Shown here in pieces: positions 17,452 through 26,557 of a stretch of DNA of 64,000 nucleotides. Made by a program: the position numbers and the translations under genes. Under the pieces are notes generated by a model. That model did no database searches and was not told where the DNA came from. It worked only from the letters and a program-made list of their open reading frames with translations. How positions within the stretch are numbered: the stretch's first letter is position 1; every line of letters starts with the position of its first letter. This DNA comes from a virus (taxonomy: Duplodnaviria > Caudoviricetes): the IMG/VR virus record IMGVR_UViG_3300037499_000135, positions 5,056 through 69,055 of that record; one strand, written 5' to 3'.

Positions 17452-17700
17452 TCAGCGGCCCCAGCAGTTCGCCAGGACCAGCGCGAGGAAAAACAGGACG
17501 GCCCAGAACGAGCCCTTCGGCAGACAGCCGTCACCGCGGGCTTCCGCATGGACGTGACGGACCTCATCCCCGTGCGCCGGCCGGAGCCCTCCGTGGGTGT
17601 CGCGGCGGTGCGCAACGAGCTCGTCCTCGGCGTCCTCACGGCGGGCGCGACGCTCCGGGGAGACGGCGTCACATGCCCGGCAGAAGTACTCGTACGGCAT
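17452..17700 (-). CDS. Small protein with N-terminal CxxC and C-terminal TM helix
   Basis: YFCRAC...H...H; FWAVLFFLALVLA. Confidence 0.65.
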   Translation of the reverse strand: MPYEYFCRACDAVSPERRARREDAEDELVAHRRDTHGGLRPAHGDEVRHVHAEARGDGCLPKGSFWAVLFFLALVLANCWGR

Positions 17701-17717
17701 CGGGGTCTCCGGGTGGT

Positions 17718-18473
17718 TCAGGGCTTCTTCAGCGAGTGCGTACGGTGCCGATCGGCCGGATCATTGATGATCGTCATCCCCTCTCGGGACTGCACCAGCA
17801 ACGCACTGTTGGTGTTGTTGTTGGCCGCTGACCTGGGCAAACAACGCTCACCGTCGGGCGTCTCATCCGCGGGGGACAGCGGCGGCAGATCGTCCCGGTG
17901 CACCCCCGGCCCATTCCCGGCCCCGGTGCGCACCCCCGGACGCACCCGCATACCGGCCGCGGCGAGGACCTCCCGCACAGCCTTCGTATCGGGCGCACGG
18001 AGGGGCTGGCGGAGGGCGGTGAGGAGGGTGCCGCGGTCGTCGCCGATGACGTCGCGGACGAGGTCGATGACGTCCTGCGGATCGGGCTCGACGGGCTGCT
18101 CCCCCGTAGGCTCGGCGGGTTCTTCGTTGTCGTCCTGCGGCGGGTTGATCCGGCGCTCGATCCATGCGGTTGCCCGGTCGAGGTACTCCTTCGGGGTGAA
18201 CAGGAGCACTGCGGCCAGCCAGCCGAGGATGATGCCGGCCGCGGTCCAGCCTCCGTAGAAGCCGATCGCCCACACGGCGATGGCGTGCACGGCCCATACT
18301 GCGCCGGTGCCGAAGCGGGCTGCGATCCAGGTGCCGGGGCCGAGGAGCCCGGTGAGGATCGGACCGCGCGCGGCTGCCTCCTCCGGCTCCTCTTCGGTCT
18401 CCTCCGGCGGCGCTTCCTCAACGGCTTCGGGCTCCGGCTCGGGCTGGTGTTTGCGCAGGCTGAAGTAGCTCAT
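17718..18473 (-). CDS. Membrane protein (acidic N-terminus, about 2 TM, soluble C-terminus)
   Basis: ATG 18473 coupled to upstream stop; MSYFSLRK start; only the 3' part of track ORF 17718..19343. Confidence 0.7.
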   Translation of the reverse strand: MSYFSLRKHQPEPEPEAVEEAPPEETEEEPEEAAARGPILTGLLGPGTWIAARFGTGAVWAVHAIAVWAIGFYGGWTAAGIILGWLAAVLLFTPKEYLDRATAWIERRINPPQDDNEEPAEPTGEQPVEPDPQDVIDLVRDVIGDDRGTLLTALRQPLRAPDTKAVREVLAAAGMRVRPGVRTGAGNGPGVHRDDLPPLSPADETPDGERCLPRSAANNNTNSALLVQSREGMTIINDPADRHRTHSLKKP

Positions 18474-18859
18474 GCGAGGTTCACCGCCGTGTTCGCGATG
18501 GCGTCCGAGATGTACGACCAGGAGCCGCCCGCTCCTGCGGCGATGTACCAGAAGAAGATCCCGAGGATGCCGACCTGCTTCGTCGACAGCTTCTTGAACA
18601 GGATGAAGATCGCAGTGGAAAGGGCGAGCGCGGGCATGGTGAGGCCAGGAATCACCTGGTTGACGGTGGTGATGACGCTGCCCACGAAGTCCGGAACGAT
18701 CTGGAAGGGTCCTCCGGCCGCCTTGTACGCGGACCCGGCGAGCATCGAAAGGATCAGGGTGGGCCACCAGCCCAGAGGCCTGAGCACGCCGCCGCCCGGG
18801 ATGCCGAAGACGAGCAGCACGGTAAGGACGACCGCGAGGCCGACGGGTCCGAGGTTCAC
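18470..18859 (-). CDS. Integral membrane protein (3-4 TM)
   Basis: Almost entirely hydrophobic; AGGA SD. Confidence 0.75.
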   Translation of the reverse strand: MNLGPVGLAVVLTVLLVFGIPGGGVLRPLGWWPTLILSMLAGSAYKAAGGPFQIVPDFVGSVITTVNQVIPGLTMPALALSTAIFILFKKLSTKQVGILGIFFWYIAAGAGGSWSYISDAIANTAVNLA

Positions 18860-18868
18860 GAGGGGTTC

Positions 18869-19489
18869 CTAGGGCTGGTAGCCGGTGCCGTAGAGCAGCA
18901 GGCCGGCGACGACGGACGAGACGGGGATGGCGGCGCACCAGGCGATGGGCCACGCCCATGTGCGGGATTTGCGGTAGATGCCGCAGGTCAGGGTGCCGAG
19001 GCCGTAGAGCGCGAATGCGGACGGGGTCAGCCAGTGGCCGGCGGCGTACCAGGCGGCGGTGTCGGTGCCCCAGTCGACCCAGCCGAGCCGCCATCCGGTG
19101 GCGGCGGCGGTGGCGTGGTAGATGAGCCAGCGGGCCCGTCCGGGGACGCAGTCCCAGGCGTCGAGGAGGGACAGGCGCGGCGCTTCGGCCCTGGTGGTGC
19201 GGTAGGTCGGGCGCTGTCGGCGGGGCTTCTTCCGCGGCCCGCTCTCGGGCTCCTTCGCGACGGGTCCGGGGAGCGGCTCGGGCCCGCGGATGGGTCGCTT
19301 TCTGGTGGGGGTGGGCTGGTCGTTGGCGTACAGGCGGTCCCACCAGTCGGCGGCCGGCCGGGGCGCGGGCTGGTCGCCGTCGGGCGGAGGGCCGGACGGC
19401 ATGGGCGGTGGTGTGGCGTCCGGCCCGTCGATGAGACGGCGGAGACTGCCCCGGATACGGAGCTCGTCGGCTCCCACGTTTTGGCTCAT
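18869..19489 (-). CDS. Pro-rich N-terminus, C-terminal membrane protein
   Basis: ATG 19489 overlaps upstream TGA; C-terminal hydrophobic helices. Confidence 0.7.
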   Translation of the reverse strand: MSQNVGADELRIRGSLRRLIDGPDATPPPMPSGPPPDGDQPAPRPAADWWDRLYANDQPTPTRKRPIRGPEPLPGPVAKEPESGPRKKPRRQRPTYRTTRAEAPRLSLLDAWDCVPGRARWLIYHATAAATGWRLGWVDWGTDTAAWYAAGHWLTPSAFALYGLGTLTCGIYRKSRTWAWPIAWCAAIPVSSVVAGLLLYGTGYQP

Positions 19490-20688
19490 CAGTCCTTGTC
19501 TCCTTTCCGTGCCTTCTCGAAGGCCTCGTGCATTTCGTTGTAGAGATCGCGGAGCGTCTGGTCTGATTCGCCGAATCCGCGTTTGCGCCACGCCTTGATG
19601 AAGGCGCGCTGTGAGGGTTGGTCGAGGTCTGCGTAGACGCGGAAGGCGCGGGCCTTGCGCTCGCTGTCGGTTGTGGCGGGGTTCGAACGCGGCTGCGGCT
19701 TGGTGTCGTGCGGCTCGTCTGCGTCTTCGGTTCGGCCGGAGGGCGCGGCTCCGCTAGCCGCGCTGGTCAGCGGGCCGACCGCGCCCGGAAGAACTGCATC
19801 CGGATATGCCGGTCCGGTGTTCGACCGCACGCCTCGCATCAGGGCCGTCTCGAAGTGGCCGCCGCCGATCTGCATGCCCTTCTCGAAGGCGATCCGGTCG
19901 ACGAGATTCGCCTCCGCCATCTGCCGCTCAAGTCCTTCGAGCCCGTGCAGCGCGGCCCGGCCGGCCTTTACCAGGGCGCGCCGATACATGCGGTCGGTCA
20001 TGCGCCGGGGCTTTCCGACGGAGTTCAGGTTGACGAACTTGTCGGCGGCCTTGCTTCGGGAGATCGCTTCGGCGTCGGCGCCGCGCGCTCCGATTCCGAG
20101 GCGGCTTTCGATCCGGTTCTTCTGGTCGGTCCGCAGGCGGGCGAGGATGCCGTCGGACTTGATCTCGATCCGGCTGAGCTTGGACTCCAGCTTCAGCAGC
20201 TTGTGCAGGCCGTAGGCGAGCATCACCGGGCCGACGATCCGCACGAGGGCGGTGCCGAGGTCCTCGTGCTCCTGGCGGACGACCTCGACTGCGCCGATGG
20301 CCTGGGCGAAGACGAGGAGGTACACGACGCGGGCCGCCCCCTTGTCGTTGAACGCCCAGCTGAAGAGGCTCAGTCCGAGGACGATCGCCTCAAGGACCAG
20401 GCCGATCGTCACGTGCCACGGCGAGTCCATGTGGAGGCGCTTCTCGGCGAAGCGTGCGCTGGTGTTGGTGGAGAGGGCGAGGCCGGCGGCGACGACGAGG
20501 CCCATGCCGAGGAAGCCGGTGAGGGTGCGTCGCTTCTGCTTGTCGCGGGGCTTCTTGGCGGTGCGGGTGCGGCCCTTGGCTGCGATGTGGTAGCCGAAAG
20601 CGAGGGTGGTGAGGGCGAGCAGGACGGCCCATGCCTGTGCGGGCACCTGAGCGAAAGCGTCCTGCACTGGGCTGAGCATGGGCTTCAC
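19489..20688 (-). CDS. Multi-TM protein with C-terminal soluble/HTH-like tail (SpdA/DUF2637-like architecture)
   Basis: About 5 N-terminal TM segments, VRIVGPVMLAYGLH, charged C-terminus; CAGGAG SD. Family call is by architecture only. Confidence 0.55.
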   Translation of the reverse strand: MKPMLSPVQDAFAQVPAQAWAVLLALTTLAFGYHIAAKGRTRTAKKPRDKQKRRTLTGFLGMGLVVAAGLALSTNTSARFAEKRLHMDSPWHVTIGLVLEAIVLGLSLFSWAFNDKGAARVVYLLVFAQAIGAVEVVRQEHEDLGTALVRIVGPVMLAYGLHKLLKLESKLSRIEIKSDGILARLRTDQKNRIESRLGIGARGADAEAISRSKAADKFVNLNSVGKPRRMTDRMYRRALVKAGRAALHGLEGLERQMAEANLVDRIAFEKGMQIGGGHFETALMRGVRSNTGPAYPDAVLPGAVGPLTSAASGAAPSGRTEDADEPHDTKPQPRSNPATTDSERKARAFRVYADLDQPSQRAFIKAWRKRGFGESDQTLRDLYNEMHEAFEKARKGDKD

Positions 20689-20709
20689 GAGGATCTCCTG
20701 GGCGGCGGG

Positions 20710-20859
20710 TTATCGGCGGCGGGTGGGTGCGCACCGCCACGCGTACGCGGCAAGCGCTGCGGTGACGAGGAACGGGCCGGTCTGCCCGGTGGCGATGGCG
20801 AGCAGCGCGAGAGCGGTGAAGCCGTAGCGGGCCAAGGGCGTTTGGAAGTGGCGGCGCAT
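20710..20859 (-). CDS. 49-aa membrane peptide
   Basis: MRRHFQTPLARYGFTALALLAIATGQTGPFLVTAALAAYAW; GGAGG SD. Confidence 0.55.
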   Translation of the reverse strand: MRRHFQTPLARYGFTALALLAIATGQTGPFLVTAALAAYAWRCAPTRRR

Positions 20860-20924
20860 CGGGGCCTCCGGGGGTGGGGCCGCCCCGCGCGTGGGGGTTT
20901 TCGCGCGGGGCGGCGGTCGGGTGG

Positions 20925-21131
20925 TTAGCGGCGTCGGCCGCGGTTTTTTTCGCGTTGCCGGTCGGCGTCTTCCCAGGCTTGGCCTTGACGGGCGGCTCGG
21001 GTGGCGCCGTTGTTGCGGTGGCTGGTGCGGCGTTGGCGTGAGGCGGACTCGGTGGCGGACTCGCGGCCCGCGTACTTTGTGGCCGCGCGCTCGTGGTCGT
21101 TGCCGCCGAAGAGGTTGCTGAGGAAGCCCAT
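20925..21131 (-). CDS. Small basic protein (MGFLSNLFGGNDHERAATKYAGRESAT...)
   Basis: ATG overlaps upstream TGA. Confidence 0.65.
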   Translation of the reverse strand: MGFLSNLFGGNDHERAATKYAGRESATESASRQRRTSHRNNGATRAARQGQAWEDADRQREKNRGRRR

Positions 21132-21289
21132 CAGCGTTCGCCGCTGGGGAGTACGCCTTGGCGGGTGCCGGGTCCGCCTTGCGCTTGTTTGGCTGCGGTG
21201 GCGGCTTGCGCAGCGGCGAGGTCTTGGGCGGCGCGGCGTAGGAGTTCCGCGGCGTCGGCTTGGGGGTCGGTGTCGATGGGCTCGCTCAC
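21131..21289 (-). CDS. Small hypothetical protein
   Basis: GTG start with GGAGG SD; coupled to downstream gene. Confidence 0.5.
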   Translation of the reverse strand: MSEPIDTDPQADAAELLRRAAQDLAAAQAATAAKQAQGGPGTRQGVLPSGER

Positions 21290-21466
21290 AGCGACCCTCC
21301 GGGCGCCCTGCGGGGCAGTGGTGCGGGCTCGGGGTGGGGGCGACCCGCGGGCGCGGGGTGGCGTTGCGGCATGTCGCCACCGGGGCGCTGGTGTTCGGGG
21401 GTGGGCCCGGGTTGGGGCTGGCCATTACGATCAGGCACGGTCACTCCTGGTGAGATCAGGGTGGCT

Positions 21467-21500
21467 GGCCAGGCGGGAAGGTGAGATTTCCCGCCTGGCC
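21467..21500. terminator. 13-bp stem hairpin in leader of membrane operon
   Basis: GGCCAGGCGGGAA / TTCCCGCCTGGCC perfect inverted repeat. Confidence 0.6.
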
Positions 21501-21549
21501 GTTTTCATTACGGACGGAGACGGAACCTCCGAGCCGTTGTGTAGCCAAG

Positions 21550-21563
21550 CTACACGCGTGTAG
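21550..21563. promoter_or_regulatory. Perfect 14-bp palindrome CTACACGCGTGTAG (operator candidate)
   Basis: Lies in the divergent intergenic region and overlaps TAGGCT (-10-like) at 21561-21566. Confidence 0.55.
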
Positions 21564-21619
21564 GCTTCCTGCACAAGACGGCAGGACGATCCGCCTCCCA
21601 GCCCCGGGAAGGAACGGAC

Positions 21620-21886
21620 ATGGACGACCGGGCGGAGGAGGTGCGGCGCATGCTCGATGCGGTGGATGCCGTAGCGGCTGAAGAGCCACCCACTGAACAA
21701 GCCAAGCGGATCACGCAGGCGTGGGGCGAGGCTGTTGATCGCTTCCGGTGGCGGCGCCAACAGGCGGTGCGCCGAATGCACGAGAGCGGCATGACCTACC
21801 GGCAGATCGCCGACGAGTTGAGCATCAGCTTCGGACGCGTCAGCCAGATCCTCGCCGAAGAACTCGAACCACCGTCTGACGAATGA
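21620..21886 (+). CDS. Small HTH protein (sigma70_r4-like HTH)
   Basis: GMTYRQIADELSISFGRVSQIL; GGAAGGA SD. Confidence 0.8.
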   Translation: MDDRAEEVRRMLDAVDAVAAEEPPTEQAKRITQAWGEAVDRFRWRRQQAVRRMHESGMTYRQIADELSISFGRVSQILAEELEPPSDE

Positions 21887-21957
21887 GAGACGGCCGAGCG
21901 GTGTCGAGACCGCCCGGCCGTGAAGCAGCCCGACCCAAGCAAGAGAAAGGCGCTCCC

Positions 21958-22569
21958 ATGAGCGTAACGGAGATGGTCCCGATCAGCGTGCTACCGGCAC
22001 CGGAGACGAGCGGCCGTTCCGCCGTCTATCGGATCTTCGGTGACGAGCAGCGGTTGCTGTACATCGGCAGCTCGGAGCGGCCCCGGCAGCGCTGGCACGA
22101 GCACAGGAACCGCACTGCATGGTGGGCGGAGGCGCGGGCTTACTCGCTAACGTGGCTGCCCACTCGGGAGGCCGCGTATGAAGCCGAGCAGTTGGCCATC
22201 GCAGCCGAACTCCCAGTCTTCAACCAGGTATGGCAGCCCCAGCAGATCCCGGCGCCCCGCAAGGAGTCGGAGCCGGTAGAGGAGGTGCGGCGCGTGGCGG
22301 ATGCCCTTGACGCAGTCGAACAGATTGCCGACGAGGAGCAGCGCGTGAAGGCCAAGAGCCGGATCATGGCTGACCAGGTCGAGCGCAATAAGGCGTGGGC
22401 GCAAGAGCGGACGCGACTGATCCGGCGCCTGCACCACGACGAGAAGCTCTCGTACCGGCAGATCGCCGCGCGCCTTGAAATCAAGCTCAGCGCGGTACAG
22501 GACGCCTTCCGGAACTACACGGAGACGGGCGAGTACCGGGGAAAGACGGCTCGGGGCGGCGAGGAGTAG
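21958..22569 (+). CDS. GIY-YIG domain + C-terminal HTH fusion
   Basis: AVYRIF...LLYIGSS...RWHEH...EQLAI...PVFN; then LSYRQIAARLEIKLSAVQDA; AAAGG SD before ATG 21958. Confidence 0.78.
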   Translation: MSVTEMVPISVLPAPETSGRSAVYRIFGDEQRLLYIGSSERPRQRWHEHRNRTAWWAEARAYSLTWLPTREAAYEAEQLAIAAELPVFNQVWQPQQIPAPRKESEPVEEVRRVADALDAVEQIADEEQRVKAKSRIMADQVERNKAWAQERTRLIRRLHHDEKLSYRQIAARLEIKLSAVQDAFRNYTETGEYRGKTARGGEE

Positions 22570-22581
22570 CCGCGCGTGACG

Positions 22582-22612
22582 AAGCCCGGCCGGATGGTAG
22601 ACGGCCGGGCTT
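22582..22612 (+). terminator. Rho-independent terminator
   Basis: AAGCCCGGCCG / CGGCCGGGCTT followed by T-tract. Confidence 0.75.
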
Positions 22613-22707
22613 TCGCTTGCCCGTGAAGCGACGCGGGCGGTAGCAGTGCGGGGGCCCAGCCATGGAAGCCGCCCGCACCACGAAGCGTATCCGCCGGGTA
22701 CGGCAAC

Positions 22708-22736
22708 GGGCGCCTGCTCTGGGGGAACAGGCGCCC
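22708..22736 (-). terminator. Hairpin downstream of leftward early operon
   Basis: GGGCGCCTG / CAGGCGCCC. Confidence 0.55.
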
Positions 22737-22815
22737 TACGCGGAGTCTGTGACCCTTGGCCGTCGAGCGGCTCAGGCGTACGCGTCTTGCCTCGGGTGTC
22801 AGGATGCCACGGCCG

Positions 22816-23502
22816 TCACCCCGGGCCGTTACCGGTGAGGCCGATGGGCGGGTACGGCTGCTCCTCGGGGTGGACGTCCCGCATGTGGTCGGCCATGGCG
22901 CGGCGGGGTACGAGCCGGCAGTCTTCGCAGCGGGGGCACGGGTCGCGCAGCACGACGGGGGCCGGTGCGGGCTCGGGGAGTGCCAGTCCGGCGTTGCGTC
23001 CGGTGCGTTCGCGTTCTTCGTAGCAGGTCACCGCATGGGTGAAGGCGCCGGTTGTCGGGTCGCATTGGCCAGTGCACGGCTCGGTCGTTTGGGTCGTGGC
23101 CGGGCCGGGTGCGGGCTCGTCGGTGAGGCGCCGCTGCTCGCATGCGTCTTCTTCATCGATCGTCTGGTGCGGGAGCTCGCAGATCCGCGTGCCGGGTGCG
23201 GGCTGGTCGAGGGCGGCGCGCACGGCTGTGATGACGTCGGCTGCGTCCTCGTATGTCTCGGCGTCGCAGGCGACAGCGCGCACGCGGTTGATGGCGGCGG
23301 TGCGTTGGTCGCGGGCTTGTACGACGCGCCGCCACTGGGCGGTACGGAGCCGGTACAGGCGCTGTTCCTCGGCGAGTTGGGCGGCCATCTCCTGCCGCTG
23401 CGAGAGGGCGCGGCGGGCTGTCTCCTCGGCTCGTTCCAGCCGGTCGTGTAGTTGGTCGAGGTCGTTGCTGGCCATCTCGTCGAGGGTTTTGCGCTGGGTC
23501 AT
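22816..23502 (-). CDS. Coiled-coil hypothetical protein with C-terminal C2H2-like motif
   Basis: CPRC...HMRDVH; coupled starts. Confidence 0.65.
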   Translation of the reverse strand: MTQRKTLDEMASNDLDQLHDRLERAEETARRALSQRQEMAAQLAEEQRLYRLRTAQWRRVVQARDQRTAAINRVRAVACDAETYEDAADVITAVRAALDQPAPGTRICELPHQTIDEEDACEQRRLTDEPAPGPATTQTTEPCTGQCDPTTGAFTHAVTCYEERERTGRNAGLALPEPAPAPVVLRDPCPRCEDCRLVPRRAMADHMRDVHPEEQPYPPIGLTGNGPG

Positions 23503-23666
23503 GCGGCACCCCTGTGGTGGTCGTTGATCGCTTGGGAGACGGCGGTTTCGGCCCGGTCGGTGCAGGGGCAGCCGGGTGCCGGCGGTACGAAGGGGCGCAT
23601 GCGGTAGCCGAGGGTGAAGCCGAGGCTGCCGGTGAGGGTGGCGGTGAGGATCAGGTATCCGATCAC
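23499..23666 (-). CDS. Small membrane protein
   Basis: GTGA coupling; IGYLILTATLTGSLGFTLG. Confidence 0.55.
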   Translation of the reverse strand: MIGYLILTATLTGSLGFTLGYRMRPFVPPAPGCPCTDRAETAVSQAINDHHRGAA

Positions 23667-24121
23667 TGCTGGCCTCCGCCGAGGATTGCGCGGGCCACCG
23701 CGAGGGCGTTGCGGGTGTCGTTGCAGGGCCAGTCCTCGTCGCCGCACCAGTCGCAGCCGTGTGGTTTGCCGCAGGTCCTGCCGTCTGGCCGGGTGCCGGG
23801 GCAGCCGGGTTCGTGGAGTGCGGCGATCTCGCGGAGCAGCTTGGCGATGGGTTCGGCTGCCGGGCCGGGGAAGGTGGCCATTTTGGTAGCGGCGGCTTCG
23901 ATCTCGTCGGCGCTGGTCACGCCTTGGCAGAAGTCGCAGTCGGGGTCGCAGTGGGCCCGGACCTTCGGGGCGTCGCCTACGCCGAAGTGGTTCCGCTGCT
24001 GCTCGGCGAGCTGGTGCGCGAAGGCGTCAATCTGCCGCTTGGCCCAGTACGGGCTCAGACCGGCGTCACGGATGAGGCGGACTTCAAGGTCGTCACGGGC
24101 GGTGGGTTCGGTGTCGGTCAT
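23663..24121 (-). CDS. Hypothetical protein
   Basis: CxxC pairs and WPC..T..AL C-terminus typical of actinophage hypotheticals. Confidence 0.65.
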   Translation of the reverse strand: MTDTEPTARDDLEVRLIRDAGLSPYWAKRQIDAFAHQLAEQQRNHFGVGDAPKVRAHCDPDCDFCQGVTSADEIEAAATKMATFPGPAAEPIAKLLREIAALHEPGCPGTRPDGRTCGKPHGCDWCGDEDWPCNDTRNALAVARAILGGGQQ

Positions 24122-24208
24122 CGTGGCCTCTTCTCGGGGCTGTGCGGGGCTGTGGGGGCCGGTCCCGGCGTGGGCGGCATGCGGGGACCGGCGGGGCGTT
24201 TGAGGGCG

Positions 24209-24478
24209 CTAGGCGGCCAGTGAGGGTTTCGGGGTTTCTCCGGTGTCGTGCGGGTCGAGCGCCCACAGCGCCTCTGAGGGCCGCTGGGCCGCTTCTAGGT
24301 CGCGAGGGACACTCTTGGGCTGTTCGGGCTCCAGGCGGGCGCTGAGGCCCTTTCTCGACCCCAAGGCGCCCCGGACCGTCCGCCACCAACACGCGGGAGG
24401 GAACGGCTGCCCCTGATGCCCGCAGAGTGCTGCCGTGCAGGCGACCACGGCAGCGACGAACACGAGAACGCCGATCAC
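24209..24478 (-). CDS. Hypothetical membrane-anchored protein
   Basis: GTGA coupling; N-terminal hydrophobic helix. Confidence 0.45.
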   Translation of the reverse strand: MIGVLVFVAAVVACTAALCGHQGQPFPPACWWRTVRGALGSRKGLSARLEPEQPKSVPRDLEAAQRPSEALWALDPHDTGETPKPSLAA

Positions 24479-24696
24479 GAGGACGGCTCCTCGTCGGTCA
24501 GCGCCGCGAGGACACGGGCGCCGGTCTCGAAGTACAGGCCGCGCGCGATCACCCGGATCTGTTCCACGGCAGCCCTGTGAACGTCGGCGCGGTCGCCGGA
24601 GGCGTGGATGCAGGCGCAGTGCCCGCCAGCGGGGCGGCCGTCGTGGGTGACTGGGCAGATGCCGGGGTCGGGGGTCCGGCTGCACGGGCAGGCCAT
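24475..24696 (-). CDS. Small Cys-rich hypothetical protein
   Basis: ATG immediately after upstream stop. Confidence 0.5.
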   Translation of the reverse strand: MACPCSRTPDPGICPVTHDGRPAGGHCACIHASGDRADVHRAAVEQIRVIARGLYFETGARVLAALTDEEPSS

Positions 24697-24697
24697 G

Positions 24698-25465
24698 TCA
24701 GGCCTCCTCGTCGGGCTGCGCCACAACAGCGGGCGCGTCCCGGTGCTCGGGCAGTCCGGACCACCAGCTGAGGTCTCGGCCGAGTTCGTCCAGGTCTTCG
24801 CCGGGGTGGTCTTCGACGAACCAGCCCCAGCAGGACCGGCACTTGCACCACTGGCGCGACTGCTGCTGTGGCGGCTCGTCGGCCATGCGACGCAGCTCGC
24901 GCATGGCGGTCTCCAGGCCGTTGGCCCGCCCGATCTCGTGGTCGGACAAGGCGTGCTCGTATGCCTGGCCCGTCAGCGTCTCAATGTGGTCGGCGGCTTC
25001 CCGCAGCGCGGTGGCCCGGCCGCGGCTCGCGGGCAGCACGGCCTGCTCGGCATCCGCGACGGCCAGTACGGCGTCGAGCACGAGGTCCATCTCGCGTACC
25101 ACCGGCTCGGTGCGTTCGCCGTCCCAGCCGTTCTGTCGCATGAGCGTGAACAGCGGGGCCGCGTACCGGTCGCGGCGCTCAGCGGCCCGGTCTGTGGCAG
25201 GCGCAGGCCCGGCAGACACGGCTGCGGGTGCGGACGCCAGATCGGCAGCGAGATGCTCGGCGAGGTGCTGACGGATCTGAGCGAGCCGCAACTCGGGCCA
25301 GTGGTTGGTCTTGTTGAACGCGATCAGCGAGTCGTAGATGGCGGCGGTGAGTTCGGGACGGGGCTCGGGCTGCTGCACGGTGTGGCTCCTGGGGTCGTGA
25401 TGGGATTCGGTTGGGCCGGTAGCCCCGCGGGTCGAACGCGGGGCTGCCGGTTCGTGCGTGGTCAC
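24698..25465 (-). CDS. Hypothetical protein
   Basis: GTGA coupling; start uncertain (25465 or about 25383). Confidence 0.55.
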   Translation of the reverse strand: MTTHEPAAPRSTRGATGPTESHHDPRSHTVQQPEPRPELTAAIYDSLIAFNKTNHWPELRLAQIRQHLAEHLAADLASAPAAVSAGPAPATDRAAERRDRYAAPLFTLMRQNGWDGERTEPVVREMDLVLDAVLAVADAEQAVLPASRGRATALREAADHIETLTGQAYEHALSDHEIGRANGLETAMRELRRMADEPPQQQSRQWCKCRSCWGWFVEDHPGEDLDELGRDLSWWSGLPEHRDAPAVVAQPDEEA

Positions 25466-25767
25466 GCGGCGGGCTGCCATTGCGGGCAGTGGCTGATCGG
25501 GAACGTGGCGCCCTCGGGGTCGGCCGAGATGTCGCAGGACTCCGGGTAGTCGCCGCAGGCGCACCACTCGCCCGGGTTGCACGACTCGGTGCCTTGGACG
25601 GCGGGCAGGTGGTGCTCGCACGTCTTGCAGTTCCGCAGGGCCGGGTTCTTCCAGCAGCGCGTCATGTGGGACTCGACGGCCTTGACGTCGGCGCGGGTGC
25701 GGCGGCGGCAGAACGGGCACTGGTGGCGGGTGACGGCCACGGGGGCGGGAAGGTCGACGGCGGTCAT
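25462..25767 (-). CDS. Zinc-binding hypothetical protein
   Basis: CPFC...H...C, CKTC, multiple Cys; CAGGAG SD. Confidence 0.65.
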   Translation of the reverse strand: MTAVDLPAPVAVTRHQCPFCRRRTRADVKAVESHMTRCWKNPALRNCKTCEHHLPAVQGTESCNPGEWCACGDYPESCDISADPEGATFPISHCPQWQPAA

Positions 25768-25807
25768 TGCTGCTCCTGGGTGTGTGCGGGCCGGACGGAA
25801 CCGGATG

Positions 25808-26557
25808 TCAGGCGGGGGTCGGGATGGCGGCGATCACGGTGTTCACGCCGGTGCCGGACTCCTTGAACGCGCCGTCAGGCAGCTGGTGCAGCTCCCCGCC
25901 CTCGGCCGCCAGGAGCGCCCGGAACTCGCGGTTGAGCGGCGTGTTCCGGAACGTGACCCCGTTCGACATGACCGCCACCACGAGGCCGCCCGGCTTCAGG
26001 AACTGGTGGGCGTGCATCACGTGCCGGATGTCGTCCTGCCGGGCGAACGGCGGGTTCATCACCACCCGGTCATAGACGGGCTGCGGGTCGGTGGTGAGGA
26101 AGTCGGCGACGATGACGGTGACGTCCAGGTGGTGCTCTGCGGTGATGGCTTCGGCGTGCTGCTCCTGGACTTCCACGCAATCCACGTGCGCCCCGGCGTT
26201 CGCGGCGGCCAGGGCTATGGCGCCGCGTCCGGCGGACGGCTCCAGGACGCGCATGCCTGGCTCGATGCGGGCGTAGCCGAGGAGCTGCTGCACGATCGGG
26301 GCCGGGGTGGGGAAGTAGCCGAACTGCTGCTTAGCGCTGATGACTTCGCCGGTGAGGATGACCGACTCGATGGCGTCGGCTGCATCACCGTCGAACAGGT
26401 GGGCGCGCGCCTTGCGGTTCCACTTCCCGCCCGCGGCCTCCAGGACCTTGGCGGTGTCGAGGTACAACCTCCGGTCGAGGGTGCCCGTGAGGACGAGGCG
26501 GGGGCCGTCGGTTTCGGCGCGGTCGAGGACTTCGAGGACTGAGGTGGGGACCTTCAT
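25808..26557 (-). CDS. Orphan amino (N6-A/N4-C) DNA methyltransferase-like protein
   Basis: YFPTP, VLEPSAGRG (motif I), VMNPPF (motif IV). Confidence 0.85.
   Translation of the reverse strand: MKVPTSVLEVLDRAETDGPRLVLTGTLDRRLYLDTAKVLEAAGGKWNRKARAHLFDGDAADAIESVILTGEVISAKQQFGYFPTPAPIVQQLLGYARIEPGMRVLEPSAGRGAIALAAANAGAHVDCVEVQEQHAEAITAEHHLDVTVIVADFLTTDPQPVYDRVVMNPPFARQDDIRHVMHAHQFLKPGGLVVAVMSNGVTFRNTPLNREFRALLAAEGGELHQLPDGAFKESGTGVNTVIAAIPTPA

Noticed and set aside
17718-19343. 541-aa ORF as one protein
   Set aside because: The N-terminal part is Arg/Pro-rich off-frame overlap of two real genes; the true gene starts at ATG 18473.
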